This document shows positions 45,001 to 56,049 of a DNA stretch of 64,000 nt, in pieces (within the stretch, counting starts at the first letter, position 1; every line of letters begins with the position of its first letter). Position numbers and translations under genes: made by a program. The notes under the pieces are model-generated. The model ran no database searches and was not told where the DNA came from. It saw only the letters and a list, made by a program, of their open reading frames with translations. This DNA is from Eledone cirrhosa. Taxonomy: Eukaryota. The stretch spans positions 207,328,001-207,392,000 of the forward strand of contig OZ024743.1 in the NCBI GenBank assembly GCA_964016885.1, given 5' to 3'.

Positions 45001-48000
45001 AATCTACCACCTTGATCTATGTAAAGTATATTGTCCTACACTCTACCAGTAGTACTAATCTACCACCTTGATCTATGTAAAGTATATTGTCCTACGCTCT
45101 ACCAGTGCTAATAATCTCCCACCTTGATCTATGTAAAGTATATTGTCCTACACTCTACCAATACTACTAATCTACCACCCTGATCTATGTAAAGTATATT
45201 GTCCTACACTCTACCAGTGCTACTAATCTCCCACCCTGATCTATGTAAAGTATATTGTCCTACACTCTACCAGTACTACTAATCTACCACCTTGATCTAT
45301 GTAAAGTATATTGTCCTACACTCTACCAGTACTACTAATCTACCACCCTGATCTATGTAAAGCATGTTGTCCTACACTCTACCAGTGCTACTAATCTCCC
45401 ACCTTGATCTATGTAAAGTATATTGTCCTACGCTCTACCAGTGCTACTAATCTCCCACCTTGATCTATGTAAAGTATATTGTCCTACACTCTACCAGTAC
45501 TACTAATCTACCACCCTCATCTATGTAAATTATATTGTCCTACACTCTACCAGTGCTACTAATCTATCACCTTGATCTATGTAAAGTATATTGTCCTACA
45601 CTCTACCAGTGCTACTAATCTACCACCCTGATCTATGTAAAGTATATTGTCCTACACTCTACCAATACTACTAATCTACCACCCTGATCTATGTAAAGTA
45701 TATTGTCCTACACTCTACCAGTGCTACTAATCTACCACCTTGATCTATGTAAAGTATATTGTCCTACACTCTACCAGTACTACTAATCTACCACCTTGAT
45801 CTATGTAAAGTATATTGTCCTACACTCTACCAGTACTACTAATCTACCACCTTGATCTGTGTAAAGTATATTGTCCTACACTCTACCAGTGCTACTAATC
45901 TCTCACCCTGATCTATACAAAGTATATTGTCCTACATTCTACCAGTACTACTAATCTCCCACCCTGATCTATGTAAAGTATGTTGTCCTACACTCTACCA
46001 GTACTACTAATCTACCACCTTGATCTATGTAAAGTATATTGTCCTACACTCTACCAGTACTACTAATCTACCACCCTGATCTATGTAAAGTATATTGTCC
46101 TACACTCTACCAGTGCTACTAATATCCCACCCTGAGCTATGTAAAGTATATTGTCCTACACTCTACCAGTGCTACTAATCTACCACCTTGATCTATGTAA
46201 AGTATATTGTCCTACACTCTACCAGTACTACTAATCTACCACCCTGATCTATGTAAAGTATATTGTCCTACACTCTACCAGTACTACTAATCTACCACCC
46301 TAATGTAATAAATTATATTGTCCTACACTCTACCAGTACTACTAATCTACCACCCTGATCTATGTAAAATATATTGTCCTACACTCTACCAGTACTACTA
46401 ATCTCCCACCCTGATCTATCTAAATTATATTGTCCTACACTCTACCAGTGCTACTAATCTACCACCTTGATCTATGTAAAGTATATTGTCCTACACTCTA
46501 CCAGTACTACTAATCTCCCACCCTGATCTATGTAAAGTATATTGTCCTACACTCTACCAGTACTACTAATCTCCCACCCTGATCTATGTAAAGTATATTG
46601 TCCTACACTCTACCAGTACTACTAATCTCCCACCCTGATCTATGTAAAGTATATTGTCCTACACTCTACCAGTACTACTAATCTCCCACCCTGATCTATG
46701 TAAAGTATATTGTCCTACACTCTACCAGTACTACTAATCTACCACCCTGATCTATGTAAAGTATATTGTCCTAAACTCTACCAGTACTACTGATCTACCA
46801 CCCTGATCTATTTAAAGTATATTGTCCTACACTCTACCAGTACTACTAACCTCCCACCCTGATCTATCTAAATTATATTGTCTTACACTCTACCATCCTA
46901 CTAATCTACCACCTTGATCTATGTAAAGTATATTGTCCTACACTCTACCAGTACTACTAATCTACCACCCTGATCTATGTAAAGTATATTGTCCTACACT
47001 CTACCAGTACTACTAATCTACCACCTTGATCTATGTAATGTATATTGTCCTACACTCTACCAGTACTACTAATCTACCTCCCTGATCTATGTAAAGTATA
47101 TTGTCCTACACTCTACCAGTACTACTAATCTACCACCTTGATCTATGTAAAGTATATTGTCCTACACTCTACCAGTGCTACTAATCTACCACCCTGATCT
47201 ATTTAAAGTATATTGTCCTACACTCTACCAGTACTACTAATCTACCACCCTGATCTATGTAAAGTATAGTGTCCTACACTCTACCAGTACTACTAATCTC
47301 CCACCCTGATCTATGTAAAGTATTTTGTCCTACACTCTACCAGTACTACTGATCTACCACCCTGATCTATGTAAAGTATATTGTCCTACACTCTACCAGT
47401 CCTACTAATCTACCACCTTGATCTATGTAAAGTATATTGTCCTACACTCTACCAGTACTACTAATCTACCACCCTGATCTATGTAAATTATATTGTCCTA
47501 CACTCTACCAGTACTACTAATCTACCACCCTGATCTATGTAAAGTATATTGTTCTACACTCTACCAGTACTACTAATCTACCACCCTGATCTATGTAAAG
47601 TATATTGTCCTACACTCTACCAGTACTACTAATCTACCACCTTGATCTATGTAAAGTATTTTGTCCTACACTCTACCAGTGCTACTAATCTACCACCCTG
47701 ATCTATGTAAAGTATATTGTCCTACACTCTACCAGTGCTACTAATCTACCACCTTGATCTATGTAAAGTATATTGTCCTACACTCTACCAGTACTACTAA
47801 TCTACCACCCTGATCTATGTAAAGTATATTGTCCTACACTCTACCAGTACTACTAATCTCCCACCCTGATCTATGTATAGTATATTGTCCTACACTCTAC
47901 CAGTACTACTAATCTACCACCCTGATCTATGTAAATTATATTGTCCTACACTCTACCAGTACTACTAATCTACCACCCTGATCTATGTAAAGTATATTGT

Positions 48001-49697
48001 CCTACACTCTACCAGTACTACTAATCTACCACCTTGATCTATGTAAAGTATATTGTCCTACACTATACCAGTACTACTAATCTCCCACCCTGATCTATGT
48101 AAAGTATAGTGTCCTACACTCTACCAGTACTACTAATCTCCCACCCTGAGCTATGTAAAGTATATTGACCTACACTCTACCAGTGCTACTAATCTACCAC
48201 CCTGATCTATGTAAAGTATATTGTCCTACACTCTACCAGTGCTACTAATCTACCACCCTGATCTATGTAAAGTATATTGTCCTACACTCTACCAGTGCTG
48301 CTAATCTACCACCCTGATCTATGTAAAGTATATTGTCCTACACTCTACCAGTACTACTAATCTACCACCCTAATCTATGTAAAGTATATATTCCCACACT
48401 CTACCAGTACTACTAATCTACCACCCTGATCTATGTAAAGTATATTGTCCTACACTCTACTAGTGCTACTAATCTACCACCTTGATCTATGTAAAGTATA
48501 TTGTCCTACACTCTACCAGTACTACTAATCTACCACCCTGATCTATGTAAAGTATATTGTCCTACACTCTACTAGTGCTACTAATCTACCACCTTGATCT
48601 ATGTAAAGTATATTGTCCTACACTCTACCAGTACTACTAATCTACCACCTTGATCTATGTAAAGTATATTGACCTACACTCTACCAGTGCTACTAATCTA
48701 CCACCCTGATCTATGTAAAGTATATTGTCCTACACTCTACCAGTACTACTAATCTACCACCTTGATCTATGTAAAGTATATTGTCCTACACTCTACCAGT
48801 ACTACTAATCTACCACCCTGATCTATGTAAAGTATCTTGTCCTACACTCTACCAGTACTACTAATCTACCACCCTGATCTATGTAAAGTATCTTGTCCTA
48901 CACTCTACCAGTACTACTAATCTACCACCCTGATCTATGTAAAGTATATTGTCCTACACTCTACCAGTACTACTAATCTACCACCTTGATCTATGTAAAG
49001 TATATTGTCCTACACTCTACCAGTACTACTAATCTACCACCTTGATCTATGTAAAGTATATTGTCCTACACTCTACCAGTACTACTAATCTACCACCTTG
49101 ATCTATGTAAAGTATATTGTCCTACACTCTACCAGTACTACTAATCTACCACCTTGATCTATGTAAAGTATATTGTCCTAAACTCTACCAGTACTACTAA
49201 TCTACCACCTTGATCTATGTAAAGTATATTGTCCTACACTCTACCGGTACTACTAATCTTCCACCCTGATCTATGTAAAGTATATTGCCCTACACTCTAC
49301 GAGTGCTACTAATCTACCACCTTGATCTATGTAAAGTATATTGTCCTACACTCTACCAGTGCTGCTAATCTACCACCCTGATCTATGTAAAGTATATTGT
49401 CCTACACTCTACCAATACTACTAATCTACCACCTTGATCTATGTAAAGTATATTGTCCTACACTCTACCAATACTACTAATCTACCACCCTGATCTATGT
49501 AAAGTATATTGTCCTACACTCTACCAATACTACTAATCTACCACCTTGATCTATGTAAAGTATATTGTCCTGCACTCTACCGGTACTGCTAATCTACTAC
49601 CTTGATCTATAAAAGTATATTGTCATAACTAAATGCCACAAAAGTATATTGTCCCACACTCTACCAGTACTATTAATCTACCACCCTGATCTATATA
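1..49697. repeat. Satellite DNA array, 56-bp monomer (consensus TATTGTCCTACACTCTACCAGTACTACTAATCTACCACCCTGATCTATGTAAAGTA), ~885-890 copies, continues beyond the left window edge
   Basis: The 56-bp period is read directly (units at 1, 57, 113...). All units are head-to-tail in one orientation. The consensus has 16 C versus 5 G on +, no CpG, and one GATC per unit. The ORF track shows nothing here. The last ~500 bp are more degenerate. Confidence 0.99.
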
Positions 49698-49701
49698 AAA
49701 C

Positions 49702-49723
49702 ATTTCTTTCTAATATAGGCACA
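49702..49723 (-). mobile_element. Short 3'-terminal remnant of SINE family A abutting the satellite
   Basis: TTTCTAATATAGGCACA resembles the reverse complement of the family-A 3' end (TGTGCCTATAATAGAAA at ~58275-58291). Only ~17 bp match. Confidence 0.5.
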
Positions 49724-50215
49724 TCATCATCATCATCATCATAACCATTTAACATCCATTTTCCCCTGCTAGCATGGGTTAGACTAGTTGTCCTGTTGTC
49801 AGAAATGCCGGGTCAGGTCAGGGGACCATGTCTTGTGCATACAGAACTGATTTCTACTGCTGGATGCCCTTCTTAATGCCTACCGCATTTACAGTGAGTA
49901 CTGGGAGCTTTTTGTCGTGACAACTACACAACCACTTTACAGTGTGGGCTGGGTGCTTTTTGTTGTGACACCTACACAACCATTTTACAATGTGGACTGG
50001 GCGTTTTTTGTAATGACACCTACATGATCCCTTTACAGTGTGGTCGATGCTTTTTGTTGTGAATCCTACATGACCACTGTACAGTGTGGACTAGGTGTTT
50101 CTGGTTGTGACACCTACACAATCACTTTACAGTCTGGACTGAGTGTTTTTTGTTGTGACACTTAACGATCACTTTACAGTGTGGACTGGGTGCTTTTTCT
50201 CGTGGCTCTATCAGT
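49722..50215 (-). mobile_element. SINE family B 3' portion with (GAT)n tail and ~7 internal 46-48-bp tandem units
   Basis: (CAT)n at 49722-49741 and the reverse complement of ...AAGGGCATCCAG... and ...CCCATGCTAGCA..., shared with 52980-53095 and 60930-61092. Units TTTACAGTG start at ~49888, 49936, 49984, 50032, 50078, 50126 and 50173. Confidence 0.85.
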
Positions 50216-50660
50216 ACTGTAAATCCCACCAGACTTATCTTTGTGAAATAATGTGGACTGTAATTTTCACTAGAATCCAAACTTTACAAGAAACACAAGA
50301 TTTTCTTAAAAAAAAAAAAGCAATTGACAAGTAATTAACCTATCTTGTTTCACCTTTAGTTCAGTTCAAGGAAAACAATTTGCCAATTAGAAAATAGGAA
50401 ATAAGTCAATCTTTGTGAAATTAATCATAGAAATCAGCCAATTTAGAGCATTCAGTCAGTTAATCTTTTGTGATAAACTGTTGAACATTGACATCTTCAA
50501 AATTACGAGAGAGTCCTAATGACTCTGTAGGTAGTAGAAGGACAAAAGCAATCATATATGTTTATTATATACATAGTCATTAGTCCATGAATGCTGTTTT
50601 ATACAAACTTTGTAAACACGATTATCTACTTGAAATCATTTTATGAAAATACATGATAAT

Positions 50661-50870
50661 GGTTTCTGATTAGGCACAAGGCCAAAAACGTTTTTTGGGG
50701 GTGGGGAAAGTCGATTAAATTAATCCCAGTGTGTTACTGGTACTTTATTTTATTGACCCCATAAGGATGAAATCTAACCTGGGCAGGATTTGAAGAACAC
50801 AACAGGCCATAACTCTATGCTGTGAAGAATGTTGTCCAACACTCTACTGCTACTGCTAATTCACCTTGAT
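50661..50870 (-). mobile_element. tRNA-derived SINE family A, near full length
   Basis: The reverse complement aligns with 58064-58305 and 61288-61476 (head, TTCAAATCCTGCC, TCATCCTTATGGGGTCAATAAAATAAAGTACCAGT, GGCCTTGTGCCT). Possible TSD TGATAAT at 50654-50660 and 50867-50873. Confidence 0.85.
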
Positions 50871-50875
50871 AATAT

Positions 50876-51112
50876 GTGATAGAAAGGGCATCCAGTTATA
50901 GAAAACTTTCCAGAGGAGTCTTCAGCTAACCTTCCTAGTGTTGTTACATGATAAATGCACCCAGTATACTCTGTAAAGTGGTTGATGATAGGAAGGGCAT
51001 CTAGTCATAGAAAACTTTCCTGACAAAGAGTCAGGAAGACTGTTCAACTAATCTCCCTAGTGTTGGTGATTGACATGATAAATGCACTAAGTACACTCTG
51101 TAAAATGGTTAG
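50876..51112 (+). mobile_element. Degenerate SINE body/tail segment present as two tandem ~110-125-bp copies
   Basis: AAGGGCATCYAG...AGAAAACTTTCC...CCTAGTGTTG...ACATGATAAATGCAC...CTCTGTAAA occurs twice. Confidence 0.65.
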
Positions 51113-51122
51113 TAAAAGATAG

Positions 51123-51212
51123 TTGTTCAAGATGTCATGCATGCAGTGGTACTGAACCTCAAACTATATGGTTGTGAAACAAACTCTTCAACCACAGAGG
51201 CATTCCTGCACC
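51123..51212 (-). mobile_element. Degenerate tRNA-like SINE head
   Basis: The reverse complement GGTGCAGGAATGCCTCTGTGGTT...GAGGTTCAGTACCACTGC...CTTGAACAA has A-box-like and B-box-like motifs followed by the start of a CORE-like segment. Confidence 0.5.
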
Positions 51213-51399
51213 ACAGTATATAACATATTCATGAAGAATTTGTATGTATGTATGGTCCTGTTGCTCCTGGTGGAGTTGTAGGTGCATCATAGCAACATAC
51301 AGTATGTCTTAGGAATTGGTGGAATCCATCCCCGCTCCAGGTCTGAACATAGCTGATTTCTTCTTCTTCTAAGAGAGAGAGGGGGTAGGGGGAGGAGAG

Positions 51400-51557
51400 A
51401 ATTGATCCCAGTATTTGACTAATAGCTATTATATCGACCTCAAAAGGATGGAAAACAAAGTTGACCATGGCAGGATTTGAACTCTGAGAGCAGAAATCCA
51501 TAACCAATACATTAAAACATTCTATCTGACATTCTAGCATCTCTGCCAATTAACTGC
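51400..51557 (-). mobile_element. SINE family A, diverged copy
   Basis: The reverse complement contains TTGGCAGAGATGCTAG (A box), GAGTTCAAATCCTGCC (B box) and CATCCTTTTGAGGTCGATA. Confidence 0.8.
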
Positions 51558-51607
51558 GTGTTAATGAAGATTTTATATTTTATCATATATTTCAAAAGTA
51601 AAACATT

Positions 51608-51969
51608 CTTTGGAGTAAAGTTACTCGATAGAGTGTGTAGCTTGGAGATCAGAGAGTCACTCCATGTAGAGCTGCTACTTCTCCGAGTTGAGAGATCACA
51701 GCTCTGATACTATGGGTATGTGGTTAGAATGTCTCAGGAAAGAATCGCTGGGCAGATTTTACGGGTGAAACCAACTGACAGTGGACCCAGGGGTAGACCC
51801 CGAGCAAGATGGTTGGATAACATCCATGAGCTTGGCTGGTCTCACTTGAGGATCCAGCCGGATCAGTTGGAGACGATTGCTTCTGACAGGACCCGCTGGA
51901 AGGAGTATTTCAGGACTCTGCCCCCACGACCTTCTCAGGAATAAGTGGGCGAAGAAGAAGGAGAAGAAG
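51608..51969 (+). mobile_element. 5'-truncated RTE-clade LINE 3' end with (GAA)n tail and 8-bp TSD
   Basis: Translates as ...RVERSQL*YYGYVVRMSQERIAGQILR...GPRGRPRARWLDNI...DRTRWK..., the typical RTE ORF C-terminus, with an in-frame TGA and a GAA tail. TSD AAAACATT at 51600-51607 and 51970-51977. Confidence 0.9.
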
Positions 51970-52659
51970 AAAACATTGTGTGTTGGCAACCATTTCACAT
52001 TTATACTGTGACACAATTTGAGTTGCCACCCATAGGGTGGTGGTGGTGGTGGTGGTGACTACAGCTCTAAAGAAATAGAAATTAATTAAGGGGCATATAA
52101 CTGTGGCAGACCAACACACTTTGTCAATAATGTGAAGTTTAAATGTCAAATGGAATTGTTGTAGTTAATCCTTCAATTGTGTAAGGGTGATTATATAGAA
52201 ATTGGTTTCTTACTAAAAGATATCTGGGGAAGGTGAAAATTGGGCAGAGGAAGTTATGATATTTCTATCTATCTGATAAAGATTAGCATCTTTAACATTA
52301 TAGAAAAAATACTACCCTGTCACATTTTGTTTTCACTCTCTTTCCCCTCCCCCTCTCTCATACATACATACACACTTGCACATGCTCACAAAAACACATT
52401 CATCCACACACAAAAACACACGCATACATACACATGACATGAACAAACACTATTCTCTTTTTCTTCTCTCCAATACAAATGCGCATGTGTATGCATTTGT
52501 GTGTGTGTGTGTTTGGTAGCACACTAAAGAAATAGTACTCAGTACTGTAAAGTAGAGTATATACATAATTTAGTCAACTGAAACTAACATTGACAGCTAC
52601 TTGCATTTTCCTTGCTTGAAAAATGATGTAGGTCATTAGGGTATATATATATATATACA

Positions 52660-52730
52660 TCCTCGGTAGTATAGTGGTAAGTATCCCCGCCTGTCACGCG
52701 GGAGACCGGGGTTCGATTCCCGCCGGGGAG
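52660..52730 (+). tRNA. trnD-GTC: tRNA-Asp (anticodon GTC), 71 nt, one C missing from the 3' strand of the T-stem (variant, pseudogene or homopolymer error)
   Basis: Acceptor stem TCCTCGG/CCGGGGA, discriminator G, D-arm TAGTATAGTGGTAAGTAT, anticodon arm CCCGC-CTGTCAC-GCGGG, T-arm CGGGG-TTCGATT-CCCG (canonical CCCCG). Near-identical to metazoan tRNA-Asp as I recall it. Confidence 0.92.
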
Positions 52731-52746
52731 GTACATATACTTTAAT

Positions 52747-53095
52747 GGAGGCACATGGCTTAGTGGTTAGAGCATTGGCCTTGCAATCGAAAGGTTGTGA
52801 GTTCAATTCTCAGACCGGGTGATGTGTTGTTTCCGTGAGCAAGACACTTTATTTCACATTGCTCCAGTTTACTCAGATGTAGAAATGAGATGATAGGGAC
52901 TGGGGTCCATATCATTCCACTGCAAAGTGGTCGTGGAGGTGCCACGGCAAAAAAAAAAAAGCACCCAGCACTCACTGTAAATGAGGTTGGTGTTAGGAAG
53001 GGCATCCAGCTGTAGAAATCAAGCCAGAATCAGTTCCCGTCTCACCCTTGCAAGCAGGGAAAAAGCGGACGTAAAATGAAATGATGAATGATGAA
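52747..53095 (+). mobile_element. tRNA-derived CORE-type SINE family B with a single internal 49-bp unit
   Basis: A box TGGCTTAGTGG, B box GAGTTCAATTC, CORE-like TGAGCAAGACACTTTATTTCACATTGCTCCAGTTTACTCAG.TGTAGAAATGAG, tail ending in ATGA repeats. Near-identical to 59906-61092 outside the minisatellite. Confidence 0.9.
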
Positions 53096-53272
53096 TCATG
53101 AAGTACAAGTCAGGTTATAATTCACTTCATATATTCATAACTACTGTTATATATATATTTCCATGATAACTGTTATGCAACAGTTATGACCTGATCAGGC
53201 AGCTAAAAGTTGAACAGAAAAACAAGGAAATAAAAATTACTTCTGTTGTTTTGATTGGTGGTTACAGTATTT

Positions 53273-53548
53273 GGCTCACAATCGTATGGTCGTGAGTTTA
53301 ATTCCTTGAGCAAGACACTTTATTTCATGTTGCTCCAGTCCACTCAGCTGGCAAAAATGAGTTGTACCTGTAGTACAAAGGGCCAGCCTTGTCCCATTGT
53401 GTGTCATGCTGAATCTCCCTAAGGAGAGATACTTAAAGGTATGCATGTTTGTAGAATTTTCAGCTACTTGCACGTTAATTTCATGAGCATGCTGTTCCAT
53501 TGATCAGATCAACTGGAACACTCGTCGTCGTAACCGACGGACTGCCAA
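53273..53548 (+). mobile_element. CORE-type SINE with partial head and a different 3' tail (family C)
   Basis: Shares CCTTGAGCAAGACACTTTATTTCA.GTTGCTCCAGT..ACTCAGCTG with family B, then an unrelated tail ending ...CTCGTCGTCGTAACCGACGGACTGCCA. Confidence 0.75.
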
Positions 53549-53769
53549 TCTAGTTTGTTAATGTATTGCAGTAGATAGTCAGACAAAAGGCTGGGATAGG
53601 TCAAGAGCATGAGAAATAAATAGACAGCGAAAGTACATAACACATGAAATATAGCAAACAGGTAGTTTGTAATAGTGCAATGGTAGAAAATCAAAACAAG
53701 CAAAACTAGATCAACATATTGGTCTGTAATCAGGATAATTGATCAGCTTGAAGTGTTTATATGTTGCCA

Positions 53770-55030
53770 GAGTCCTATGTAAACAAAAAGAAAAATGTTC
53801 AAAGTTTATTCAGGCAAGTTTATTCCTTGGCAAGAAAATCACCATACTATTGGCTGTACTGAGGTTAAATGATCTTCTGTCATTGGAGTAAGGTCTCACT
53901 CTTCTTAAGATTTTCCAGCTGTATTGGAAGAGTGTGGATTAACTCATGTATGTCTTTAGAGCCATTTATTGTTTTCTATGGGCAATGGAATGTATGGGTT
54001 TGTGCATAAAATCTTGTCTTGAAGGGGTTTGATGTGATACTGATATAAGCCTTTGTATTTGTCAGTCATAATGGAAAATGTATACACAGTGTCCTTAGTT
54101 AAGCAGGTAGAAGTTAGTATTAGGACTATTGCATAGTTTGTTTCCACCACTTGGGGCGTAACTATTCAGCTAGTTACTTAGGAAATAGTTAAGTAACTAA
54201 TGAAGTTTGGGGTAGCAGAGTAGGAGAGTCTAATTGTATTTATATTAAGAATCTGATAGTATTTATATTGTGTAGGAAAGTGTTCTGGAGTAGTTTGAAG
54301 AAATATTTAGTGATTGGGGTACAGACTGCTAAACTGAAAGTGAGTTGTACCAGTTAATATAGGTTTGTTTCTTTAAATCTGTGTTTAGCTTGGACATCAT
54401 TGTTATAATGTGCAGAATCGTTGAAGATTTGCTCATTAGCAGATGGGATGGATATTCTAAGTAATATGTTGTTTTTTGTGAGATTTCTAGTGCTGTTTTA
54501 GGGTTGTTTAAATATATGTTTATGTTATGTAAGGATTCGTTTGGTTTGTAGAAAGCTAGTCAAAGTAACATTAAGGAAGTTAACTTGGGTTAAGTTGATT
54601 TGAATTGTTTATCTAAGGCCTAAATTATTGAAGAAAGAATGGAGGTTTTTACTCCACATATCTATGGCTTGGGGAACGACTTTGTACAATGTCTGAAAAT
54701 TGACATCCTGGTACAGATTACTGCCTATTTCTGTGAATTGGGTCTTCAAAATATATAGAATGTATAATTCAATAGGTTATCTGAAGTCTGCTGAGTCATT
54801 TACACCCATACTAATATCAAAGGGAGTGTTTGAGTTATAATGTATCCAGATTGCTTTCTCGTGAGTCAATTAAGTGTTCCTTGCATATTGGAGGATGTCA
54901 GCCATGTCATCAGATATAATTGTGAAGGATTTAGCAGAAAAATAGAGCCTCAATCAATGGGTTAGTATTGGGAGGAGTATAGTAGTCCTCTATATCAAAC
55001 TGGGGATCAGGTGTTCTTTTTATTTGGAAT
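53770..55030 (-). mobile_element. Decayed Penelope-like element: RT, thumb and GIY-YIG endonuclease remnant
   Basis: Minus-strand pieces in the expected order: FDIEDYY (~54990), PFDISMGVNDSA (~54810), LYQDV (decayed YRDD, ~54710), FNNLGLR*TIQINLTQVNFLNVT (~54600), YKPNESLHNINIYLNNP...ANEQIFNDSAHYNND (~54550-54400), INWYNS (~54350), CLTKDTVY...YKG (~54100), WKILRRVRPYSN (~53900). Many stops and frameshifts. Confidence 0.85.
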
Positions 55031-55069
55031 CAATAGGAACTTTTCTATCATCTCTAGGGTGCTACTTAA

Positions 55070-55290
55070 CCCTTTAGCATTTACATTAATCTATATTAAC
55101 TATTGTATTTTCGCAGAAAAGGCTTTATCGCACATAATTATCTCATATAATATCAAATTTATGAGATTTTGATATCATTTATTTTGAGAACAATACCTTA
55201 ACATCAGTATGAGTGGCTGGTTATGGCTGGTTTGAACAGAAAAAGGTGAGAGAATTTGGGCTGGATACAGGCGGTTTAAATGCTAAAAGG
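55070..55290. mobile_element. piggyBac-type MITE (221 bp) with TTAA TSD
   Basis: TTAA|CCCTTTAGCATTTA at 55066 and TAAATGCTAAAAGG|TTAA ending at 55294: a 14-bp TIR with 1 mismatch. Confidence 0.8.
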
Positions 55291-56049
55291 TTAAAAGGGA
55301 AAAGGAAGAGGGATGAAGCTGTTCTTATAATAGGTATGATCATCATCTTTTTTCGTTTTCCTCATCATCCTCCACCTCCTCCTCACTACTATTCACCCCC
55401 CCCCCCCCCCAGTGTTAAACCCTATCTGACCAGTTGTCTATATTTGTGATTTAGCCATGAATTGGTTTGCTGGTGATTTCACCATCAAATGACATATAAC
55501 TAGTAGTCACGTAAAAGTCAAATCTCAATTAAATAAATTAAAGTACCATCTCTGCCTGATGTATTGAGTAACTTACTTTAATTGTAGTTCCATTCTGTTC
55601 CTTAATGGGACACCATACATATTCGCACACACATTCACACACACATATATATCTATAGCCCCAAATAAAAAGTAAGATTTTTTAATATAATTCTATATTA
55701 TCTTCAAGTTCTCTACTTGAAACAATTTCAATTCATTTTAATCTACCAATTCCCACCAGAAGAGAATTAGGACATTAGATTATAAACACACGTATTGTGG
55801 TTTATTTAGTCTGACAGGCTAACAGTTCCCAAGAGAAAGAGTTATTTACATTATGCCTTGTATCAGTTTGTACAAAAAATTATAGATTTTCCCATATATT
55901 CAGAGGCATTACAGCAAATAGAGTATTTTGCTTTGATAGATAATACTTCCATAAAACATTACATTCTCTTTGAATAAACAATTCCTGTGAATGTACCATA
56001 CAAAATGTATAATTTATTCTGATAACAAATTTAAAAAAATATCAACTAT

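Noticed and set aside
1-49697. CRISPR-like array or coding tandem repeat
   Set aside because: There are no unique spacers: the whole 56 bp repeats with only point variants. No cas genes, eukaryotic context, and no ORF of 60 aa or more.
1-49697. 3x56 = 168 bp nucleosome-sized higher-order unit
   Set aside because: I see no trimeric periodicity in the variants; the numerical match alone is not evidence.
51234-51372. Possible LINE 3' end with a (CATA)n tail on the minus strand
   Set aside because: Too short, with no convincing protein motif or second copy in the window.
51720-51944. 74-aa ORF as a host gene
   Set aside because: It is the C-terminus of an RTE LINE ORF with an upstream in-frame stop, a tail and a TSD.
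52747-52820. Second tRNA gene (TGC loop) here and at ~59906-59980
   Set aside because: A and B boxes are present but the acceptor stem does not close, and the sequence continues into a CORE domain, so it is a SINE head.
53166-53187. 9-bp inverted repeat ATAACTGTT-ATGC-AACAGTTAT
   Set aside because: An isolated short hairpin with no supporting context.
55213-55449. 78-aa Pro-rich ORF
   Set aside because: It spans a MITE end plus (CCT)n and poly-C low-complexity DNA; no recognisable domain.
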